Made by a program: the position numbers and the translations under genes. Below are positions 39,087 to 43,872 of a stretch of 43,872 bases of DNA, one piece after another. The notes under the pieces are model-generated. The model had not been told where the DNA came from. It did not search any database and saw only the letters and a list, made by a program, of their open reading frames with translations. The number at the start of each line of letters is the position of its first letter. Positions within the stretch are counted from its first letter, which is position 1. The stretch spans positions 1 through 43,872 of the forward strand of contig JAEOTM010000102.1 of the NCBI GenBank assembly GCA_016839815.1, given 5' to 3'. This DNA is from Candidatus Hodarchaeota archaeon. Lineage in GTDB: Archaea > Asgardarchaeota > Heimdallarchaeia > Hodarchaeales > Hodarchaeaceae.

Positions 39087-39293
39087 TCAGCGTTGGTAGT
39101 ATTCTGCTTCTATTTCCTCTTCTTCAATAAGTAAGGCAATTAGGTTGTGTGTAATTCTATGATGTTCTAGGTAACAGCTCTCATGAATAATTTCTGTACA
39201 ACTGTCACAAGATGTTAATAACACAAAACCGAATAAATCCTGTCGTAAGAGGAGTTTATTACAAACTGAACAATACCTTGGATCATTTCTCAT
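39087..39293 (-). CDS. Small zinc-finger protein (PHD/RING-like ligand spacing)
   Basis: CSVC-x17-CDSC-x4-H-x2-C-x3-HH-x3-H and an acidic tail; ATGA overlap with the upstream ORF. Confidence 0.72.
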   Translation of the reverse strand: MRNDPRYCSVCNKLLLRQDLFGFVLLTSCDSCTEIIHESCYLEHHRITHNLIALLIEEEEIEAEYYQR

Positions 39294-39436
39294 GTTGCTC
39301 GTACCTCACTGGCATTTCTAGCCAATAATTGCTCTTCTGACGCCGCGAGTTCACGTTTCTTACAATTGACGCAAACACCTAGGCTATCAGCATCTTTGGG
39401 TGGGGATAACACTGTTCCACATTCGTCGCAAAACAT
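39290..39436 (-). CDS. 48-aa zinc-ribbon protein (not in ORF track)
   Basis: Own translation MFCDECGTVLSPPKDADSLGVCVNCKKRELAASEEQLLARNASEVRAT*; GGAGGT RBS upstream; stop overlaps the next ATG. Confidence 0.8.
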   Translation of the reverse strand: MFCDECGTVLSPPKDADSLGVCVNCKKRELAASEEQLLARNASEVRAT

Positions 39437-39694
39437 TTTTCTAAATACCTCCGTTTCTGTTCCTATACACCCAGGAATTGTAAGGAATTTTTGGTTTACA
39501 TAAAATAGCGTTGTGTGACAATAAGAATACCAATCTTAGGGCACCAAATATGCGCCATTGTGGATTTCATTATATCACATCAGATATCGACAAAAGCTTC
39601 CTGGCCTTTTGTCATTTAAATTTCTCTTCAAATGTTTTTAAAAGCCTTCCTCTTTGTGCATCTAATAACCATGTATGCAGCTTGGAAATTAAGG

Positions 39695-40750
39695 TTACAG
39701 ATATTCTTTAAATGTAGAATTTAATATCTCGATAACTTTCTCAATATCTTCTCGTGAAAGTCCAACGTGAGTCACAAGACGTTGGTAGTAACCCTTATAT
39801 AATCCTAAAACACCTTTTTCGACCAATGTATTATGAATTTCCTCTGTAGGAGCAGATTCTGAAAATGAAAAATTGATTATATTTGTCTCAGGCATCGTGA
39901 CAGAAATTTGTTCATTTTCCTCTTGTATTGCCTTCGCTAATAGCTTGGCATGAACATGATCAGTTGCTAATTGCTTTCTCCAATCGTGTTCCAATGCAAT
40001 AAGTCCCATGATGGCAATAACTCCCGCTTGTCTCATACCTCCACCAAGCATTTTTCTAAATTTCCGTGCATGAGCAATAAACTCATGGGATCCTGCGACC
40101 ATAGAACCAACTGGACAGGCCATACCCTTGGAAAGACAAAACATAATCGAATCAGCTTGATCTGTAAAACGAGATACGGGAGAATCTAATGCTACAGCTG
40201 CATTAAAAATACGAGCACCATCTATATGTAGCTTCATATTATGGTTCTTGGTAAATTTTGCTAATTTTTCTAATTCTTGAGGCTTAATTACTTTTCCCCC
40301 ATGTGTATTATGAGTATTTTCTATTGCTAGCATTGTTGTCCATGGTTGATGAACATCATCTCTTGGACGAAGCATGGTACTGAGTTCATTCACATCAGGA
40401 ACCCCAGTTGGTGATTTAAACGGTTTAACTGTCAAACCACCAATTCTAGCGGCACTACCGACTTCATAAAGAGAGATATGACTTTTTTCCTCAATAATTA
40501 TTTCTTCACCGGGATGTGTATTGCATAAGAGAGAAATAAGATTTCCTTGCGTACCAGAAGTTACCAATAATGCAGCTTCTTTATTCATTAATTTTGCAGC
40601 ACGGGCTTCTAATTCATTAACTGTAGGATCTTCTCCATAGACATCATCCCCTAAATGAGAATTATCCAAATTTTTTAATGCCTGCCACATATCTGGAGTA
40701 GGTTTTGTGACAGTATCAGAGCGTAGGTCAATTATTGGTCTTTTTGACAT
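39695..40750 (-). CDS. ltaE: Low-specificity L-threonine aldolase
   Basis: IDLRSDTVTKPT, GDDVYGEDPTV, SGTQGN, ENTHN, HIDGARIFN, CLSKG, GGGMRQAG. Confidence 0.95.
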   Translation of the reverse strand: MSKRPIIDLRSDTVTKPTPDMWQALKNLDNSHLGDDVYGEDPTVNELEARAAKLMNKEAALLVTSGTQGNLISLLCNTHPGEEIIIEEKSHISLYEVGSAARIGGLTVKPFKSPTGVPDVNELSTMLRPRDDVHQPWTTMLAIENTHNTHGGKVIKPQELEKLAKFTKNHNMKLHIDGARIFNAAVALDSPVSRFTDQADSIMFCLSKGMACPVGSMVAGSHEFIAHARKFRKMLGGGMRQAGVIAIMGLIALEHDWRKQLATDHVHAKLLAKAIQEENEQISVTMPETNIINFSFSESAPTEEIHNTLVEKGVLGLYKGYYQRLVTHVGLSREDIEKVIEILNSTFKEYL

Positions 40751-40836
40751 GTTTTTCTCAACCCGATTTTGTTTTGAGCAAAATTAATTACGATTCTAGG
40801 TTTAAGTGTATACATCACTTAATATTTGTGGTTACC

Positions 40837-41316
40837 ATGCGAGGTATTCGAAGAAAGGAAAAAGCAATCACTTCTGAGGCTGAACTGAAAGACATCTTAG
40901 GCTCCACTAAATTTGTTACTTTAGCGATGTGCCATGGCGACGATCCGTATTTGGTAACCGTGAGTCATGGATATGATAAATCGGATAATGTCTTATACTT
41001 TCATTGTGCCTCTGAAGGAAAAAAAGTGGATTATCTCTCCAAAAACAACAAAGTATGGGGCCAAGCTCTTGTTGATGAGGGTTATGCTCTTGGAGAATGT
41101 AATCATCATTATTCTACCGTTCAATTTTCTGGTGAAGTTGAATTTTTGTCAAATTATGATGATAAGTTGAAAGCATTAACAGTAATGATCGATCAATTGG
41201 AAACAATTCAGTCATTACGGCAAACTGTGAAGGAAAAGCAATTAACAAAAAAAGCAATTACTAAGGTACATATTGGTAAAATTAGAATTAATTATTTATC
41301 AGGAAAAAAAGGATAA
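40837..41316 (+). CDS. Pyridoxamine 5'-phosphate oxidase-like / NimA-like flavin-binding protein
   Basis: MRGIRRKEKAI, PYLVTVSHGY, LYFHCASEGKK, ends SGKK; ATG at 40837 avoids overlap with ltaE. Confidence 0.88.
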   Translation: MRGIRRKEKAITSEAELKDILGSTKFVTLAMCHGDDPYLVTVSHGYDKSDNVLYFHCASEGKKVDYLSKNNKVWGQALVDEGYALGECNHHYSTVQFSGEVEFLSNYDDKLKALTVMIDQLETIQSLRQTVKEKQLTKKAITKVHIGKIRINYLSGKKG

Positions 41317-41342
41317 AGAGGAGAGATACTTCACAATACCAT

Positions 41343-42491
41343 CTATAATTTGGTAAAACTCTCCACAGTAGGCCAATCAAGTTTCTTAATCATTTGTACC
41401 ATTAAATTGATACTCGCTTCCACATCTTCAAGGTCTAAGATTCCATGGTGAGAATGAATATGTCTGGTTGCTGTTCCACAGAATAATGAAGGAGCTCCCA
41501 TCCCTGTGATATGAATTATTCCGGCATCAGTTCCACCCATTTTAAGAAAAGCGGGTTGATAGGGTATCTCTTTCTCCTCTGCCAGTTCAATAGCAAATTT
41601 CCTTAAACGTGGATTTGGAATCATAGATCCATCACCAGCGGAGATACAAACACCCTTACCCATTTTTTGGACTAGACCTTTGGTTCCTGGAACATCACCA
41701 GAGATATCGACATCAAGAGCAAAACCTACATCAGGTACAATTTTTTGAGCTGAAGTGCGTGCACCTCGTAACCCTACTTCTTCTTGAGTCGTTGACACAC
41801 AGTAAACCGTATTAGGATGATCTATATTTCCTTCTGCTAACCTACGAAGCACTTCAAGAATTATAAATACACCAATTCTATCATCAAAGGCCTTTGCAGC
41901 AGCTAGCGTAGTAGGCTTAGTCTTCTCATCTGCCTTATTCTCGGAGTCAGTTTTTTCAACTTTTTTCTTACGTTGCATTGTACGGAAAAACGCATATGGA
42001 ACAGCTGGATCACCAATACGAATACCTAACTCTTTAACTTCTTTGTCAGAGGAACAGCCAATGTCAATATGCATTTTGTCTTTTGTAACAACTTGGGTTC
42101 GTTCTTTTGGAGAGAGAATGTGGGGGGGCTTTGCTGCAATTATTCCAATTATCTTATCCCCACCTTTGAACGGACGAATTAGTACCTCTTGAGCAAGAAG
42201 ACTTTGATCTGGCCATCCTCCTAGTTGATGAAAAGTGAGGAATCCATTCTTTTCTATTCCTGTGATAACAAAGCCAATTTCATCCACATGTCCTGCCAAC
42301 ATGATTTTGGGGCCGTCTTCTTTCCCTACTTTTTTAAAAATAACGCTTCCCATTCGATCGAATTCAATACTGGTAGCGAAATTTTTTCCATATTCATGCA
42401 CTATCTGTTGTGCTTCCTGTTCATGACCACTAGGTCCAAAAGCGTTACATAATTCTTCTAATAATTTTAAATTTAATTGCGTTTTTGTCAT
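41343..42491 (-). CDS. M42 family (TET) aminopeptidase
   Basis: GPSGHE, AGHVDEIG, KAFDDRIG, QEEVGLRGA, GGTDAG, RHIHS. Confidence 0.95.
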   Translation of the reverse strand: MTKTQLNLKLLEELCNAFGPSGHEQEAQQIVHEYGKNFATSIEFDRMGSVIFKKVGKEDGPKIMLAGHVDEIGFVITGIEKNGFLTFHQLGGWPDQSLLAQEVLIRPFKGGDKIIGIIAAKPPHILSPKERTQVVTKDKMHIDIGCSSDKEVKELGIRIGDPAVPYAFFRTMQRKKKVEKTDSENKADEKTKPTTLAAAKAFDDRIGVFIILEVLRRLAEGNIDHPNTVYCVSTTQEEVGLRGARTSAQKIVPDVGFALDVDISGDVPGTKGLVQKMGKGVCISAGDGSMIPNPRLRKFAIELAEEKEIPYQPAFLKMGGTDAGIIHITGMGAPSLFCGTATRHIHSHHGILDLEDVEASINLMVQMIKKLDWPTVESFTKL

Positions 42492-42648
42492 TGACTATTC
42501 TCTCATCGTTAAATAAGGTCTTATAAATTTAAAAGGAGTTTAACTAGTGTTTTAGAGCCTGTATGGCTAGATTTTAAGTGTTATCTTCCTCTTCCCCAGA
42601 AAGACTTAAGAGATCGTATGGTTGCTAAGATAATTTAAATAGGAGATT

Positions 42649-42849
42649 TTGTTATTGGATGACAAAACGTTTTCTTATAAGAATAAAACCTGTGGAGAAT
42701 GTGCTTACTTAACTGAAAAGGCACCAATTCATGTGAGTGGAGATATAGCTGATCAAGAAAAGGGTTTATGCCGATTGCTTATTCTTCATAACAATTTTGC
42801 AATTATGTTAAAGGGAGAATCTGCTTGTCCCGAATTTGTATCCAAATGA
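42649..42849 (+). CDS. Small Cys-rich, probably metal-binding protein
   Basis: TCGECAY...GLCR...ACPEF (4 Cys); AGGAGA RBS before the TTG start. Confidence 0.6.
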   Translation: MLLDDKTFSYKNKTCGECAYLTEKAPIHVSGDIADQEKGLCRLLILHNNFAIMLKGESACPEFVSK

Positions 42850-43045
42850 GAGAAGAGGGTGCTACAGGCGTCTAGATTGATGTCTATTTCCACTTTGATG
42901 TTAAGAGTATATTTTCCCTATTTAAAAATTCTAATAAGTCAGTATTCATAAACACAATTAGCAAAAACTCCGATATTCGAACTACGAAATAAAAAATTAC
43001 CCTTACAATTACCCATAACCGAAGAAGAGGAAGAAAAACAGATTG

Positions 43046-43872
43046 ATGCGAATCCGAATCCTTCCACTATTGGTTCTATCTATAATTATTCTGACTATAG
43101 GTTCCACACTTTTTTTTATTCCTCCAATGGTAGAAGTGGATAACAGTAAAGTACTTCCTAGGATTCAAGGGGAAAAACCAGACGTAATCTCTTCCTCTGG
43201 TTCTCCCAAACAAGTTTTTGAAGATAAAGAAGCAAGAAAATCTTCAGATGAAGATCAACTGTCAGATCAATTTCCAATTCGATTTGACATGGGAGGAGGA
43301 AATGAAGATGATGTCGATAATAACCTATCAAACGTCGATGGTGTTTCAGATATTGGGATCGAAACAGATTTTTCAAATGTTCAGGGTACTGTAGCAGATA
43401 CAACATTTATGACCCTTGAAGAAGACCTCCTACCAAGTATGAATGTTACTGTAGATTCAGTATCTACCACTTTCAGTGATTCGACCACAGTTAATGTTAA
43501 TCATACGGTCTCAGGATCAAATCGACTTTTATTAGTATTTGTTCAAACTTATATGGGAGAAAGAGTTTCTAGTATATCTTTCAATAGTATAGGGATAACA
43601 TATGAAACACATGTTACACACAGTTCCAAAGGTAGACCTTCTGCCGAAATCTGGAGTATGGTTGCTCCACCAATTGGGACCTATGAAGTATCAGTTACTC
43701 TTGCAGTTACGGACAATTTTAGAGTCGGAGTTGTGTCTTATACTGGAGTGAACCAGACTCATCCATTTGATCAACCAGTAACATTAACTGGATATGGCTC
43801 ACCTACTTCAATGACCATTAGCTCTAGATCCCCAGATCTAGAGCTAATGGTCATTGAAGTAGGTGAGCCATA
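43046..43872 (+). CDS. Large secreted/surface protein, 3'-partial (not in ORF track)
   Basis: Own translation: open frame MRIRILPLLVLSIIILTIGSTLFF...DDVDNNLSNVDGVSDIG...HTVSGSNRLLLVFV...EIWSMVAPPIG...SYTGVNQTHP to the window end. Confidence 0.85.
   Translation, partial: MRIRILPLLVLSIIILTIGSTLFFIPPMVEVDNSKVLPRIQGEKPDVISSSGSPKQVFEDKEARKSSDEDQLSDQFPIRFDMGGGNEDDVDNNLSNVDGVSDIGIETDFSNVQGTVADTTFMTLEEDLLPSMNVTVDSVSTTFSDSTTVNVNHTVSGSNRLLLVFVQTYMGERVSSISFNSIGITYETHVTHSSKGRPSAEIWSMVAPPIGTYEVSVTLAVTDNFRVGVVSYTGVNQTHPFDQPVTLTGYGSPTSMTISSRSPDLELMVIEVGEP

Noticed and set aside
39460-39487. Hairpin just upstream of the zinc-ribbon RBS
   Set aside because: Short bulged stem with no recognisable RNA motif; cannot support an ncRNA or riboswitch call
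1023-43406. Many short antisense or alternative-frame ORFs in the track (e.g. 2113, 4316, 11411, 16126, 22069, 29516, 34280, 36817, 39511, 43158)
   Set aside because: Almost all overlap well-supported genes, and none shows a motif or RBS; treated as shadow ORFs

Overview
AT-rich archaeal chromosome segment, most likely from an Asgard archaeon (Heimdallarchaeia/Hodarchaeales-like). This is inferred from longin-like domains, the TPR family, the MCP, and Thr-linker/C-terminal-anchor surface proteins. I found no rRNA, tRNA, CRISPR array or transposase. The window holds about 37 genes. Metabolic/housekeeping genes include Lrp/AsnC, four GNATs, MFS, a CoA-transferase-fold alpha/beta pair, xth, 4-hydroxybutyryl-CoA dehydratase, SDR, ltaE and an M42 peptidase. 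The accessory middle (13-32 kb) is rich in secreted proteins and membrane signalling. Main observations: (1) an RHH-RHH-wHTH + ParA/MinD operon bracketed by two copies of a 49-bp promoter/operator element, each upstream of an unrelated secreted-protein gene; (2) a DHCR24-like oxidoreductase whose FAD domain appears precisely deleted at a 6-bp microhomology; (3) a surface protein with two tandem HF/S autoproteolysis-like domains downstream of a membrane-anchored wHTH regulator; (4) a beta-helix/Ig receptor with a cytoplasmic longin-like tail, coupled to a histidine kinase; (5) a CoA-transferase-fold pair lacking the catalytic Glu; (6) a two-gene small zinc-finger operon, one gene absent from the ORF track. 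All family calls are from motif recognition by eye; no searches were run.
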